From Actinomycetota bacterium (GTDB taxonomy: Bacteria; Actinomycetota; Geothermincolia; Geothermincolales; RBG-13-55-18), in the NCBI GenBank assembly GCA_013178005.1, contig JABLXL010000005.1, forward strand, positions 1,544 through 65,543: a stretch of 64,000 nucleotides of DNA, in the 5' to 3' direction. Shown here piece by piece: positions 1-10,203 of this stretch (position 1 is its first letter; each line of letters starts with the position of its first letter). A program made the position numbers and the translations under genes. The notes under the pieces are model-generated. The model was given only the letters and a program-made list of their open reading frames with translations, ran no database searches and had not been told where the DNA came from.

Positions 1-1021
1 GCTGCTCAAAGCGAGCGACGCTTTCGTGGAGGCCAACGACGACAAGACCCTAGAGGCCTTCGTGAGCGAATACACCGACGACCCCAACGTGCACCGCTTC
101 ATGAACGTGTTCTGCTACATGATGTTCACCATCAGCTACCGCCGCGCCTCCGCGGGAGAGTTCATCTACTGTTTCCGCGAGATGTCCAACGCGGCAGACA
201 TCAGCTACCCGCGGGGGTCAGCCGGCGCCATACCGGCCGCTTACAGGCGCGGCCTGGAGAAGCACGGGGGCCGCGTCTTCCTCAACGAAGGGGTGCGGCG
301 CATCCTCTGCCGCGAGGGCAAGGTGGTGGGGGTGGCCACCGAGAAGGGCGAGATGGAGGCGGACATAGTGGTGAGCAATGCAGGCATAGACCTCACCCTG
401 GAGCTCGCGGGCGCGGAGAACCTGGGCGAGGAGTTCGCCGCAACGGTCAAGCGGTTGCAGTACTCGGGATCGGGCGCCGTTGCCAAATATTACCTCTCAA
501 GGCGAGTTGTCAACGCTCCCGCGGTCATCTACATGCCGGACGCCGATGCGCGCGGCATGTTTTCCTTCATCGAGGAAGGGGGCACTCCACGTGACCTGAT
601 GATGATGGTGCCGGTGGTTGACGTGCTGGATCCGGACTCGGTCCCGGAGGGCCACTCCCTGGTCATAGCCGCCACCCCGGGAGTGGCCGAGCCGGGAAGC
701 GAGGCGACCGACCTGCTGCTCGAGGCCCTGGAGAAACAGCTCTTCCGCGTCTTTCCCGGCATGGAGAAAGAGGTGATCTGGAAGCAGGTAGTGCGCCCGG
801 AGCACATCTGCCGCGCCACGGGAAGAAAACGGGTGGGTGACAGCGTGGGCGTCGCCCAGATACCCGGGCAGGTTGGCCGCCGCAAGCCGTCGCCGATCAC
901 CCCCGTGGAAGGGCTCTACCTGGTGGGCATGGACGCCGGGGCGAGGGGGATCGGGACATGGCAGGCGGCCGCCAGCGCGGAGAAAGTGGCTGAGCTGGTC
1001 AACCGGAGGCATCCCGCCTGA
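1..1021 (+). CDS. FAD-dependent oxidoreductase (phytoene desaturase / amine-oxidase superfamily), 3' part; 5' end lies outside the window
   Basis: Open frame runs from the window edge. The C-terminal region (VGDSVGVAQIPGQVGRRKP...GLYLVGMDAG...G) matches the CrtI-like FAD-binding C-terminal motif. GC3-rich codon usage. Confidence 0.55.
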   Translation, partial: LLKASDAFVEANDDKTLEAFVSEYTDDPNVHRFMNVFCYMMFTISYRRASAGEFIYCFREMSNAADISYPRGSAGAIPAAYRRGLEKHGGRVFLNEGVRRILCREGKVVGVATEKGEMEADIVVSNAGIDLTLELAGAENLGEEFAATVKRLQYSGSGAVAKYYLSRRVVNAPAVIYMPDADARGMFSFIEEGGTPRDLMMMVPVVDVLDPDSVPEGHSLVIAATPGVAEPGSEATDLLLEALEKQLFRVFPGMEKEVIWKQVVRPEHICRATGRKRVGDSVGVAQIPGQVGRRKPSPITPVEGLYLVGMDAGARGIGTWQAAASAEKVAELVNRRHPA

Positions 1022-1868
1022 GCATGCGGTTGGCCTGGTTGGGGCAGTTCTTCACGCACAGGCCGCAGCCCTGGCAGGCGAGGACCTCCGCCTTGCCGCC
1101 CGTGAGCCTCCGCTCCTCGAAGGCGCACACCTCCACGCAGGTGCCGCACCCCTCGCACTTGTCGAGGTCGACCACGGAGCGGTAGGCGGAGGGGATGTAG
1201 TGGTATCCCGCCTTCTTGTAGGTACGGTAAGCCCAGATAGGCAGGCAGGCGCACTTGCAACAGTTGCAGATGACGAAATAGTTGGCGGTGCCGCGGAAAT
1301 ACATGTGCCGGTCCAGCATGGGGACCAGCCCCATCTCGTAGCATTCCCTGACCCTCCGCTTGGCCTCCTCCTTGGAGATGACGTGGTAGTCGCGGGGGAA
1401 GAGGTCCAGCCAAATGTCCGTGCCGCTGAGGATGACGATGTCGGTCTCCAGGGGATGGTCGCAGGCGTGGGTGGCCAGGCGGCAACGGCAGGGGCCGACC
1501 GCGACCCGGCTCTCCTCGGGCAGGCCGTCGATGAAATCCAGCATCTCCTCCAGGGTCATGACCTGCCCGGCGACCATGTGCTCGCCGGCGAACTTGGCCA
1601 GGGCATAATAGAAAAACCTGTTCGCGGCCTTGCCGGCCATGAAAGGCCGGCGCAACAGCCAGTAGAAGAAGGCGAGCAGGCGGACCTCCATCCAGGCGTA
1701 ACGCTTGAGCAGAAAAAGACGCAGCGGGCTCTCCTCTGCTATGAAGATATCCCCCCAGTGCAGGGCCTGAAAACGCAACAGCGCCAAAGCGGCCGCCATT
1801 ACAGGAACAACGCGACGCGGGCGCGTATCCCCCTCCATCGCCTCCCGTCCTATTGACCTCTTCGCCAT
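999..1868 (-). CDS. Cys-rich 4Fe-4S dicluster-domain protein with an unusual CNCCxCxC motif; paralog of 21321..22388
   Basis: Two ferredoxin-type CxxCxxCxxxCP motifs (CEGCGTCVEVC, CQGCGLCVKNCP) preceded by FVICNCCKCAC. The N-terminus is hydrophobic. The gene is convergent with the upstream oxidoreductase and overlaps it slightly; the start codon is uncertain. Confidence 0.55.
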   Translation of the reverse strand: MAKRSIGREAMEGDTRPRRVVPVMAAALALLRFQALHWGDIFIAEESPLRLFLLKRYAWMEVRLLAFFYWLLRRPFMAGKAANRFFYYALAKFAGEHMVAGQVMTLEEMLDFIDGLPEESRVAVGPCRCRLATHACDHPLETDIVILSGTDIWLDLFPRDYHVISKEEAKRRVRECYEMGLVPMLDRHMYFRGTANYFVICNCCKCACLPIWAYRTYKKAGYHYIPSAYRSVVDLDKCEGCGTCVEVCAFEERRLTGGKAEVLACQGCGLCVKNCPNQANRMLRRDASG

Positions 1869-2292
1869 GTTCCCCTCCCCGGATAGAGTCGCGGTCTTCG
1901 AGCTTTAACCTGTCGACGCGAGCGGTCGGCCCCGGCGCTTCACCGGGCAAAAAGCACTCGTGCGATCGGCGACCTGTCTTGCCCCGCCCGTCCTTGCGCC
2001 GCTCCTCGCCTCGCTCACGACGCCATTCTACCACCCATGGGCCATGCACAGGTCGAGCCTTGCCAACGCAGGCAAGGGCGACCTCGGGGAGCACGAACGG
2101 GAGCCTGACCTTATGTGCCCGTCGGATGGGAACGGCACGCACTCAGGCAAATGATCGAGCGCTGGGCGCCTCGCCTCGTTTGCTATATATTAACCATGTC
2201 GTTTGAAAGCGAACGGGGGGTTCGCTTCGCGAAGGCCCGGTTCCAGGTGGCGATAGAGGATAGATAGAGGATAGAGATATGAGAGGTCGTCC

Positions 2293-3054
2293 TTGAAAGG
2301 ATTGGAAAGCCTGGCGCGCAGGTTCCTCTATTACCCGGACCGCCTGCCAGCAGACATGCCGCCTCCCCGCTGGGCCGAGGGCGCCGAGGAGGTATGGCTG
2401 GACTGCGACGACGGCGTGCGCATCCACGGCCTTTGGTGGCCGGAGCCCCAGGGAGCCCCTGCCATCCTCTTCCTGCACGGCAACGCCCAGGAGGCCTACA
2501 GCTGGTCCCTGGTGCGGCAGGAGCTGGAGCCCCTGGGGTGCCGCATGCTGCTCATCGACTACCACGGCTACGGCAAGAGCGGCGGCGAGCCCCACGAGGC
2601 GGGGCTCTACCTGGACGGCGAGGCCGCGCTGCGCTGGCTGGGGGGGCGGGGACTCGAGGACGGGGAGATCATTGTCTTCGGCAAATCCCTGGGCGGCGGC
2701 GTGGCCTGCGAGATCGCGCGGGGGCGGGGCTTCAGGGCCCTGGTGCTGGAGTCCACCTTCACCTCGCTTTCCAGCGTGGCCAGGAAACTGTTTCCATTTC
2801 TCCCCAAGGGGGTGCCGCTGGGGGAAACCTATGATTCCATCGCCAAGCTCCCCGGCACGAGGAGCCCGGTGCTGGTCATCCACGGCGACCGCGACGAGCT
2901 GATCCCGGTGGATGAGGGCTTGCGGCTCTACGAAGCCGCCCCCGAGCCCAAGGAGCTCTACCTGGTTCCGGGCGCGGGGCACAACGACGTCTCCATGGTG
3001 GCGGGGCCGGAATACGCCCGCCGCATCGCGTCGTTCCTGGAAGAAAGGGCCTGA
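2293..3054 (+). CDS. alpha/beta-fold hydrolase
   Basis: GxSxG nucleophile elbow (GKSLGG), a downstream Asp/His, and an HG oxyanion motif (FLHGN). TTG start with a GAGAGG RBS. Confidence 0.7.
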   Translation: MKGLESLARRFLYYPDRLPADMPPPRWAEGAEEVWLDCDDGVRIHGLWWPEPQGAPAILFLHGNAQEAYSWSLVRQELEPLGCRMLLIDYHGYGKSGGEPHEAGLYLDGEAALRWLGGRGLEDGEIIVFGKSLGGGVACEIARGRGFRALVLESTFTSLSSVARKLFPFLPKGVPLGETYDSIAKLPGTRSPVLVIHGDRDELIPVDEGLRLYEAAPEPKELYLVPGAGHNDVSMVAGPEYARRIASFLEERA

Positions 3055-3058
3055 GCGC

Positions 3059-3760
3059 GTGTGGTGGAAGGCGCTGCTGGCCTCCTTCGGCCTCATCTTC
3101 GTCGCGGAGCTCGGCGACAAGACCCAGTTGGCCATCCTCACCCTCTCCGCCAAGTACGGTTTCCGACAGGTATTCATGGGGGCGGCAGCGGCCTTCGCGC
3201 TGCTCAACGCGCTGGCGGTATCGGTGGGGGTGGCGCTCTACGAGCTGGTGCCCGAGAAAGCGATTAAATACGCGGTCTCCGCCGCCTTCATCCTCTTCGG
3301 CCTGTTCATGCTGCTGCCGGAGAGGAAAAAGGAAGGGAAAGGCACGGCGGTACCAGAGGCCGATGGCGATCTTATCCCTCAAAGCCGCGCCGACCTCGAG
3401 GGGGACAGGGAGGGAAACGACGCCGGGGCGCCGGGCGGGCGGGACGAGGACAACGAACGCAGCCCGAGGCTTCCAGCGGGGGCGGTGATCGCGAAGCACG
3501 CCCGCGGCCCCTTCCTCAGCGCCTTCCTCATGGTGGGCCTCATGGAGCTGGGGGACAAGACACAGCTCTCGCTCCTCGCCCTCGCCGCGAAGTACTCCTA
3601 TCCGGCCCTGGTCTTCGCGGGGGGAACGCTTGCCCTGTGGGCGACCTCGCTGATCGGGGCCCTGGTGGGGGCGGGGCTGGGCCGCGTCATCCCGCAAGCG
3701 TGGATGCGGCGCATATCCGGCGTTATCTTTATCGCCTTCGGCATCATCAACCTCTTTTAA
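3059..3760 (+). CDS. GDT1/TMEM165 (UPF0016) family membrane cation transporter
   Basis: Two E-LGDKTQ signature motifs (ELGDKTQLAIL, ELGDKTQLSLL) in a duplicated membrane topology. GTG start chosen just after the upstream stop; the 2912 ATG would overlap the hydrolase. Confidence 0.7.
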   Translation: MWWKALLASFGLIFVAELGDKTQLAILTLSAKYGFRQVFMGAAAAFALLNALAVSVGVALYELVPEKAIKYAVSAAFILFGLFMLLPERKKEGKGTAVPEADGDLIPQSRADLEGDREGNDAGAPGGRDEDNERSPRLPAGAVIAKHARGPFLSAFLMVGLMELGDKTQLSLLALAAKYSYPALVFAGGTLALWATSLIGALVGAGLGRVIPQAWMRRISGVIFIAFGIINLF

Positions 3761-4076
3761 CCATGCCGCGCCCATGCGCGCGGATGCAACCGGTCCTTAT
3801 CGCAGGGTGATACGGACGAATTCCGCAATGCTGAAACGGACCCAGGAGAGGCGCCGGGAGAAGAAGCGTCACGTGCACATATACTTTCTGCTCGAGGGGC
3901 TCGCACAGAGATCGCAGGAGGTGAAAACGACTGGAGCATGAACGGCGCGAGGGAACCACGGAATATTATGTATTTCCGCACCTTTTTTACACTAAGCATC
4001 GGCGCTGGAACGCCAGGGTATGCCCTCCATCCTATTCCTCATCAGGTTAGGTTAAAGAAGGGCCGATGAGCGAGCG

Positions 4077-4703
4077 CTATCCCAGCAGCTCCTTCGCCTT
4101 GCGGGCGGCCTCGAAGGCGTTGGGGGCGTAGCCGTCGGCCCCGGACCGGTCCGCGAACTCCTGGGTCACCGGCGCTCCCCCCACCATGATCAGCGCGCCG
4201 GAGTCCTCCGCCCGCACCGCCTCGATGACCTCGGGGATGCGCTGCATGGTGGAGCTCAGCAGGGCGGACAGGCCCAGGATATCCGGCCGGTGCTCGCGGT
4301 ACGCCTCCACGAACCTCTCCGTCTTCACGTCCTCGCCGATGTCCACCACCTCGAAGCCCGCTCCCTCCAGGCACATGCGCACCAGGTTCTTCCCTATGGA
4401 GTGGATGTCCCCCTGCACCGTCCCCAGCACCACCAACCCGCGTCCGCGTTCGCCCTCCGCCAGGCGGGGCTTCAACGCCTCCATGCCCCGCTGCATGGCC
4501 TCGGCGGCCACGATGAGCTCCGGGATGAAGGCCTCGCCGCGGGAGAAGCGCTCCCCGATGTCCTCCATGGCCGGCATCATGGCATCTTCCAGGATCTTCC
4601 TCGGATCCACACCCCCCTGGAGCGCCTCCTCCACCAGCCTTCGTGTCTCCTCCTCCTCGCCCTCGACGATCGCCTTGCCGATAGCTTCCAGTATCTCCCG
4701 CAT
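4077..4703 (-). CDS. corrinoid (cobalamin-binding) protein of a methyltransferase system (MtaC/MtbC/MttC-like)
   Basis: B12-binding helical cap plus Rossmann domain with a DxHxxG-type motif (GDIHSIGKN). 208 aa with a GGAGG RBS. The long upstream extension in the 6-frame track is a GC shadow. Confidence 0.8.
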   Translation of the reverse strand: MREILEAIGKAIVEGEEEETRRLVEEALQGGVDPRKILEDAMMPAMEDIGERFSRGEAFIPELIVAAEAMQRGMEALKPRLAEGERGRGLVVLGTVQGDIHSIGKNLVRMCLEGAGFEVVDIGEDVKTERFVEAYREHRPDILGLSALLSSTMQRIPEVIEAVRAEDSGALIMVGGAPVTQEFADRSGADGYAPNAFEAARKAKELLG

Positions 4704-4792
4704 CTTCCAGCCTCCTCGCTCCTGCGCGTTTATGAGAACGGACCTAGATATTCGCCTCCACGCCTTCCCCCGCCTGCTCGGGCCAGGATCCC

Positions 4793-5890
4793 CTAACCCT
4801 CCACGTCGATGGGATAGACGCCGTACTTGCGCGCCGCCCGCACCATGGCGATGTAGTTCTCCGGCTTGCATCCGGGGTGGATGGAATTGGAGGAGCTGAT
4901 GACGTACCCTCCGCCCGGGGCGGCCACCCTTATCGTCTCCCTCACGCTCTCCTCCACCTCCTCCTCGCTGCCGAAGGGCAGAAGGTAGGTGCAGTCGATG
5001 TTGCCCAGAATGCACAGGCGGTCCCCGTACTTCCTCTTCACCTCGCCTATGTCCATGCACTGGGGCTGCACGGGGTGGAAACCGTCGAAGCCAGCGTCCA
5101 CGATGCCGTCCATGATCGGCCACATGTTGCCGTCGGAGTGCTTGAAGATGAGCAGGCCGCGGCGGTGGGCGTGCGCGGTTATCTGCTGGTGGTAGGGGAA
5201 GACGTACTCCTCGTACTGCGCCGGCGACATGAGGGTGGTCTGGTTGAAGGCCAGGTCCCCGTCGAGGGCGATGATGTCGGCTCCGTTGTCGGCGGCCATG
5301 TCCACGACCTCCAGGATGTAGTCGGTGGCCACCTGCGCGAGGTCCTTCACGAAGCCGGGGTTCTTCACGTAATGGTAGAGCAGCTTCTCCATGCTCCCCA
5401 GCAGGCTCCAGCTCTCGCGGAAAGGCCCGGGCTGCACCAGCACCTGCGCCACGCCGTCGCCGAGGTTCCCGACCGAGGCCATGAGCATGAGGAAGTCGGT
5501 GGGCTGGGGATGGTACGCCTTCAGCCCTCGCAGGTCCGAGGGATCGGAGATGGGGCCCCCTACCGCGGTGGCCTCCCCCTCCTCGCTCACCCTGAGGATC
5601 CTGCCCCACCCGTCCTTGACGTGCTCGTCGTCCACCGGCTCCGTCCCCAGCAGGCCGATGGAGGTGATGCCGTCGAGCTCCAGCTCCCGCGCCACGGTGA
5701 AGAGGGTGTTGAGGAGCTTCACCTTTTCCTCCATGGTCATCTGCTGGGCGAACTTCATGGGGGGCAGGTCATCGGTGTAGAACTTCCCCAACTTGATGAT
5801 GGACTCCTCGTTGAAGGCCATCTCCCACACCGGCACCCGGTCCGGCTCCCTGCGGTCGAAGGCCGTCAGCATGCGCTCTTTTCCGGTCAT
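4793..5890 (-). CDS. MtaA/CmuA-like methylcobalamin methyltransferase (uroporphyrinogen-decarboxylase family, MT2)
   Basis: URO-D fold signature over the full length. Sits immediately upstream of, and co-directional with, the corrinoid protein. Confidence 0.7.
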   Translation of the reverse strand: MTGKERMLTAFDRREPDRVPVWEMAFNEESIIKLGKFYTDDLPPMKFAQQMTMEEKVKLLNTLFTVARELELDGITSIGLLGTEPVDDEHVKDGWGRILRVSEEGEATAVGGPISDPSDLRGLKAYHPQPTDFLMLMASVGNLGDGVAQVLVQPGPFRESWSLLGSMEKLLYHYVKNPGFVKDLAQVATDYILEVVDMAADNGADIIALDGDLAFNQTTLMSPAQYEEYVFPYHQQITAHAHRRGLLIFKHSDGNMWPIMDGIVDAGFDGFHPVQPQCMDIGEVKRKYGDRLCILGNIDCTYLLPFGSEEEVEESVRETIRVAAPGGGYVISSSNSIHPGCKPENYIAMVRAARKYGVYPIDVEG

Positions 5891-6177
5891 GACCCTACCT
5901 CCCGATATGCATGGCCCGCCTCTCCGCCATCGGCGCCCCGGCGGCGGGCAAAGCTCTTGTGGCGATTCGCGACTTTATATGAAACGCCAAGGCGCCACCA
6001 TACCTTCCTTGAATCCAAAAGCCCGGTTTCCACATCTTCCCACCTTCATGTAAAAAGCCAAGTCGCCACCGCGTCGTCCCGGCCGCGCCGCGCTCCGCCC
6101 CTACGGGGTCGGAGTACCCGGCGCGCACGGGCGGTCCGGAGGCGGCGTGCGCCTGCCGCCGAGCCGGCGGCACAAGC

Positions 6178-8352
6178 CTACGGCTCCACGAGCTTGTAAT
6201 CTCCCGCCAGCCATCCCTCCACGCCGGAGGCGTAAAGCGGCGAGGAAGGCTTTTCCGACGGCCCTCCGGCCAGGCAGGAGTAATACCTGTCCGTTGACAT
6301 GTCGCAGATGAACCTGATGGTCGGGGAGAAGGTGGCGATCCTGCCCCCCGGTGCTTTGAATATGGCTCCCTGGCTCACCGTGCCGCGGCTGCCGATGATC
6401 TCGATGGGCCCGTAGTTGAAATCGGGCACCATGTCCCCGTAGACGAGGTTTTTCATCACCACCTTGCGCGTTTCGCCGAAAGGCGGGGCCTCCATTTCCA
6501 GGCCCCTTGCCACGGCCTCCGCGAACACCTCGTCCCGCGATTTCCCGCCGAACCAGAGCGAGTCCTCGCGGTGCAGGACATGGTCCAACTGCCCGTAATA
6601 CATGTAAAAGAGCTCCGAGTTGTCGAGGACGTACTCGATGACCTCCCTGCCCACGCCGTAATCGCCGAACACCGTTTTCAACAGCTCGTAATAGACGTTC
6701 TCGAAAACGCTCGCGGCCACCGAATCGGGGGAGTACACAAGGTCCCATTCCCGCAGGATACCGCCTTTGCCTTCCTCCGGCAGCAGGTGGCGTATGAGGG
6801 GCATGGTCCACTCGGCGTGTTTGCCGTACACGTCGTACTGCATCTTCATCATGCTCTGCACCGAATGGTCGTCCCGCGCGGCCAGGAGTTCAGCCACGCG
6901 CGCGGCGCGGTCGTCGCTCATGGGCATGGTCTGTATGTGCACGTCGCTGAGGTAGTTGAGGTCCTGGTTGGAGGTGCCGAAGAAACCCTTCTCGGGGTTG
7001 AGGAGTCGCGGGTTCTTCTCCGGAGGGTGAAAGCCCTTCCAGTCGTAGGCCTCATCCCATCCCGGCAGGGGAAGGACCCCCCGCCACCCGTCCGGCTTTA
7101 CGGGGCAACGGCCGCTCATCTGGTAGCCGATGTTCCCCGAGGAGTCGGCGAGACCCCAGTTAAAGCTCAAGGCGTCGCAGCGCGCCAGGTGGTCCATGGA
7201 CTCCATCACCGTGCGGCTGCGGTAATGGCGGGTGAACTCCGCGAAAGTGAGGGCGCCCGCGTCGCGGTGGGAGATGGCCAGCGAGAGATAGTATCCGTCC
7301 TCTACGGGCTCTCCCTCCAGCACCCCGTGGACGTTTTCGTAATAGCGCGCCACCACGGGTTCCGAGTCCTTTACCTTGATGATCTCCTCGCGCATCTCGA
7401 AGGGCAGCCATTTTTCGCCGCGTCGGTACTTGCCGTCCTTTACCTCCTCGAGAAAGTAATCCATGACGTCCATGCAGCTGTAGGTGGCGCTCCAAGAGAG
7501 GTGGTTGGTCCTCCCGAGAGCGGGGAGGGGTATGCCGGGCACATAGACGCCCATGCAGTAGAAATCCCCCACGCACATGAGCACCTCCTGCCAGAGAGCG
7601 GGAAGTCGGGCGGTGTCGAGTTCCGGACTGCCGCACAGTATGGGCTTCCCCGTTTCGGTGCGGGTTCCCGCGACCATCCAGTGGCTGCTGGTCCTCTCCC
7701 TGGGTATGAAAGCCCATTTCACCGTCTCCGGGACGTAAGGTTCGGGCACCTTCGCCCGCCGCAGTTTGTCCAGGTACTCCTCGTCCGGATCCTCGGTCAT
7801 GTAGGTGAAGATCTCCGCGAGCATGGCGGGGGTGACGCCCCTCTGGACCATCTGCACAATGACCTTCCTGATCCAGCCCTGGGTCTCGTCCATGTCCACG
7901 ATGGACATGATCTTGCCGATGGCGATGCAATCCTCGGGCGCCCACGGCTCGGGAACGTAGGAGATGAGCGCGAACTCCGCGGGTGGGTTCTCGCGAAACT
8001 GGTCGTTTACCCCGCGGCAGAAGGCCTCCATCTCCTCCCTCACGCCCCGCTCCAACATGCCGGCCTGCTTGCGCGAGAATCCCCAGATGTCGTACTTGCG
8101 CATGGTCTTGTCCATGGCGATGAAGTTCTCATTCGGTGGAAGGTGCTCCGCCATACGCCCCTTCGCCACCAGGCGGGTGAGCTCCATCTGCATGCCTCGG
8201 TCGAACGCCTGCGCCAGGCCCAGGCCGTACATAGCGTCGGGGAAATCGCGCGCCGTTATCACCGGGATCCCGTGTTCATCGCGCTTTATCGAGATAGGCC
8301 CCGCTTTACCATCTACTACCAGCTCCTGGTCCTCGCGCTCCAGCACCGCCAT
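6178..8352 (-). CDS. penicillin amidase / acylase family protein (Ntn-hydrolase S45)
   Basis: 724 aa. The segment TSSHWMVAGTRTETGKPILCGSPEL resembles the beta-subunit N-terminus S-N-x-W-A-V...G-K-P-L-L-x-x-D-P-H of penicillin/AHL acylases. Confidence 0.6.
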   Translation of the reverse strand: MAVLEREDQELVVDGKAGPISIKRDEHGIPVITARDFPDAMYGLGLAQAFDRGMQMELTRLVAKGRMAEHLPPNENFIAMDKTMRKYDIWGFSRKQAGMLERGVREEMEAFCRGVNDQFRENPPAEFALISYVPEPWAPEDCIAIGKIMSIVDMDETQGWIRKVIVQMVQRGVTPAMLAEIFTYMTEDPDEEYLDKLRRAKVPEPYVPETVKWAFIPRERTSSHWMVAGTRTETGKPILCGSPELDTARLPALWQEVLMCVGDFYCMGVYVPGIPLPALGRTNHLSWSATYSCMDVMDYFLEEVKDGKYRRGEKWLPFEMREEIIKVKDSEPVVARYYENVHGVLEGEPVEDGYYLSLAISHRDAGALTFAEFTRHYRSRTVMESMDHLARCDALSFNWGLADSSGNIGYQMSGRCPVKPDGWRGVLPLPGWDEAYDWKGFHPPEKNPRLLNPEKGFFGTSNQDLNYLSDVHIQTMPMSDDRAARVAELLAARDDHSVQSMMKMQYDVYGKHAEWTMPLIRHLLPEEGKGGILREWDLVYSPDSVAASVFENVYYELLKTVFGDYGVGREVIEYVLDNSELFYMYYGQLDHVLHREDSLWFGGKSRDEVFAEAVARGLEMEAPPFGETRKVVMKNLVYGDMVPDFNYGPIEIIGSRGTVSQGAIFKAPGGRIATFSPTIRFICDMSTDRYYSCLAGGPSEKPSSPLYASGVEGWLAGDYKLVEP

Positions 8353-8599
8353 CTCTCTGCCCTCCCTCTTCCGTTCACGGGACGTCCGTCTTGGCGTTCG
8401 CGGACAGGCGCGGGGATGGAACGAACGTGGGACGATGGCATCTCATGTGATCTCCAAAGCCGCGACCTTGCAGCCATTATACTACGGGCCATCGCCGGGA
8501 TTATCGGCCAGCTATCGCGGGTTCGCTCCGGATCGCGTAGACGAAGTGAACTTCACGCCTGTATAAAACCGCGGGGCATGAAGGCGCCGCGCGGCGTGG

Positions 8600-9217
8600 T
8601 CAGCGGGCTTTTTCCAGGTCCTCGATGGTGTTGATGTTGAAAAAGGAGCGGAAGCCGGGGTCGCGGGAGGCGATCTCCTCCTCGTCCAGGTAAAGCACGT
8701 CCAACTCCCGGATGAGCTCGTGTATCTTCAGGCGCCCCTCCTCGATGCGCTCGAGCACGCGGTCTCGCACGTCGCGGGCGTACACGGCGAACAGGGGCTC
8801 GATGTATTCGCCGCGGCGCGGCACCACGGCGTCCACTCCCCTCGCCTTCTCGAGCATGAGCCGGATAAGGGGCGTGCTGGGGTAGGGCATATCGCAGGCC
8901 ATGACGAAGACGTACGGAGCCCTGGAGTGCTGAAGCGCGGTGTAGATGCCCACCAGCGGGCCCTTGCCCGGGATGAGGTCCGAGACCACCCTTACCCGTT
9001 CTCCCCCTTCCGATGAAAGCGGCGAGTCGCCGCTCTGAACCACCAACATGACCTCCGGGAATATCCCCAGCAGGACATTGACGATGCGGTCGATGATCAT
9101 GCGCCCCTCGACCTGCAGGCGCGCCTTGTCCATGCCCAGGCGTTTCCCCTTCCCGCCGGCGAGCACCGCCGCCGCGAATTCCGTCTCCTGCCCCGTATCC
9201 ACGTCCCTATCCGTCAC
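8600..9217 (-). CDS. mobA: molybdenum cofactor guanylyltransferase MobA
   Basis: LAGGKGKRLG nucleotide-binding motif and MobA-like fold. A GTG start overlaps the fdhD stop (GTGA overlap); the longer N-terminal extension in the ORF track is spurious. Confidence 0.7.
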   Translation of the reverse strand: MTDRDVDTGQETEFAAAVLAGGKGKRLGMDKARLQVEGRMIIDRIVNVLLGIFPEVMLVVQSGDSPLSSEGGERVRVVSDLIPGKGPLVGIYTALQHSRAPYVFVMACDMPYPSTPLIRLMLEKARGVDAVVPRRGEYIEPLFAVYARDVRDRVLERIEEGRLKIHELIRELDVLYLDEEEIASRDPGFRSFFNINTIEDLEKAR

Positions 9218-10077
9218 GAGACTATCCTCCAGGGATGGGTATAGACGTTGAACCGCCGGCCATCGGAGAAGCCCACCACGGTAAGGCCCGCCGCCTCCGC
9301 CACCCTCAAGCCCAGGGAGGTGGGAGCGGCCATGGACACGAGCACGGGCACCCCCACCCGCGCCGTCTTCAGGGCCATCTCGTAGCTCACGCGCCCGGAT
9401 AGCACCAGGACCTTGTCCTCGAGGGGTATACCGCGCAGGGCGCACCAGCCCACCGCCTTATCCAGGGCGTTGTGCCTGCCCACGTCCTCCGCGACCACCA
9501 CCGCTTCGCCCGCGGCGGTGAAGACGCCCGCGCCATGGGTCCCCCCCGTGCCGCGGAAGACCTCCTGGCGGCGGGTCAGCTCCTCGCCAAGGCCGTAGAT
9601 CACCGCTTCCCCGACCCGCAGCTCGCTGGCCACCTCCCCCTCGTGGTAGTCCTCGATGGCCGAGATGTCCGCCCCGCCGCAACCGGTACGCACCAGGTAG
9701 GTGGAGGAGAAGCGCTCCCGCTCCCCGGGCTCCTCTATCTCCAGCTCCACCACGTTCCCCCGGTCGAGCTCGGTGTCCTCTACCTCGCCTCCCTCGCAGA
9801 TCTCCCGCTCCATGCTCCCGCAGTGCTTCAGCAGCTTCACCTGTGAGACGCTGCCCATCACCTTCTCGGTCAGGCAGAAGCCCACCGCGAGCTCCTTGTC
9901 CATCCCAGGCATGCGCATGAGGGCGACGAGGGGCATACCGTTGACCTTGATCTCCAGGGGTAGTTCCACCACCACGCGATCGGGAAGGCTCTCGCGCTCC
10001 CCGCCGCGCCTGTACCTTTCCGTATGCCGCGAGATCGTGGACATGCCGCCGCCTTTCCTCTTCCGCCCCCCTATCAT
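9214..10077 (-). CDS. fdhD: formate dehydrogenase accessory sulfurtransferase FdhD
   Basis: FdhD family features (GCGGADISAIE, HGAGVF). An alternative start at 10044 has a better RBS. Confidence 0.8.
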   Translation of the reverse strand: MIGGRKRKGGGMSTISRHTERYRRGGERESLPDRVVVELPLEIKVNGMPLVALMRMPGMDKELAVGFCLTEKVMGSVSQVKLLKHCGSMEREICEGGEVEDTELDRGNVVELEIEEPGERERFSSTYLVRTGCGGADISAIEDYHEGEVASELRVGEAVIYGLGEELTRRQEVFRGTGGTHGAGVFTAAGEAVVVAEDVGRHNALDKAVGWCALRGIPLEDKVLVLSGRVSYEMALKTARVGVPVLVSMAAPTSLGLRVAEAAGLTVVGFSDGRRFNVYTHPWRIVS

Positions 10078-10203
10078 AGGGGGCGGCCCGGCCGCCTATC
10101 AATGGCCGAAAGCAGGCCGCCCCGCTCCAGGACACCGCGGCGGCATGACGGACGTCAGTGATTGCGCCGGGTGGCAGCTCAATGGCGGCAGTGGCCCTCA
10201 ACA

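Noticed and set aside
837-2142. Long overlapping ORFs 837..1856(+) and 916..2142(-) (339 and 408 aa)
   Set aside because: They are Arg/Gly/Pro-rich translations in alternate frames of the real Fe-S protein gene. These are typical high-GC shadow ORFs with no motif content.
5895-6173. 92-aa minus-strand ORF in the mtaA-like/acylase intergenic region
   Set aside because: Overlaps the probable promoter of the mtaA-like gene. R/A/G-rich, with no RBS or motif.
4877-8634. Long plus-strand ORFs 4877..6199 and 6571..8634 opposite the mtaA-like and acylase genes
   Set aside because: Antisense GC-shadow ORFs. The proteins are low-complexity (H/R/G/A/P-rich), whereas the opposite strand carries clear domain signatures.
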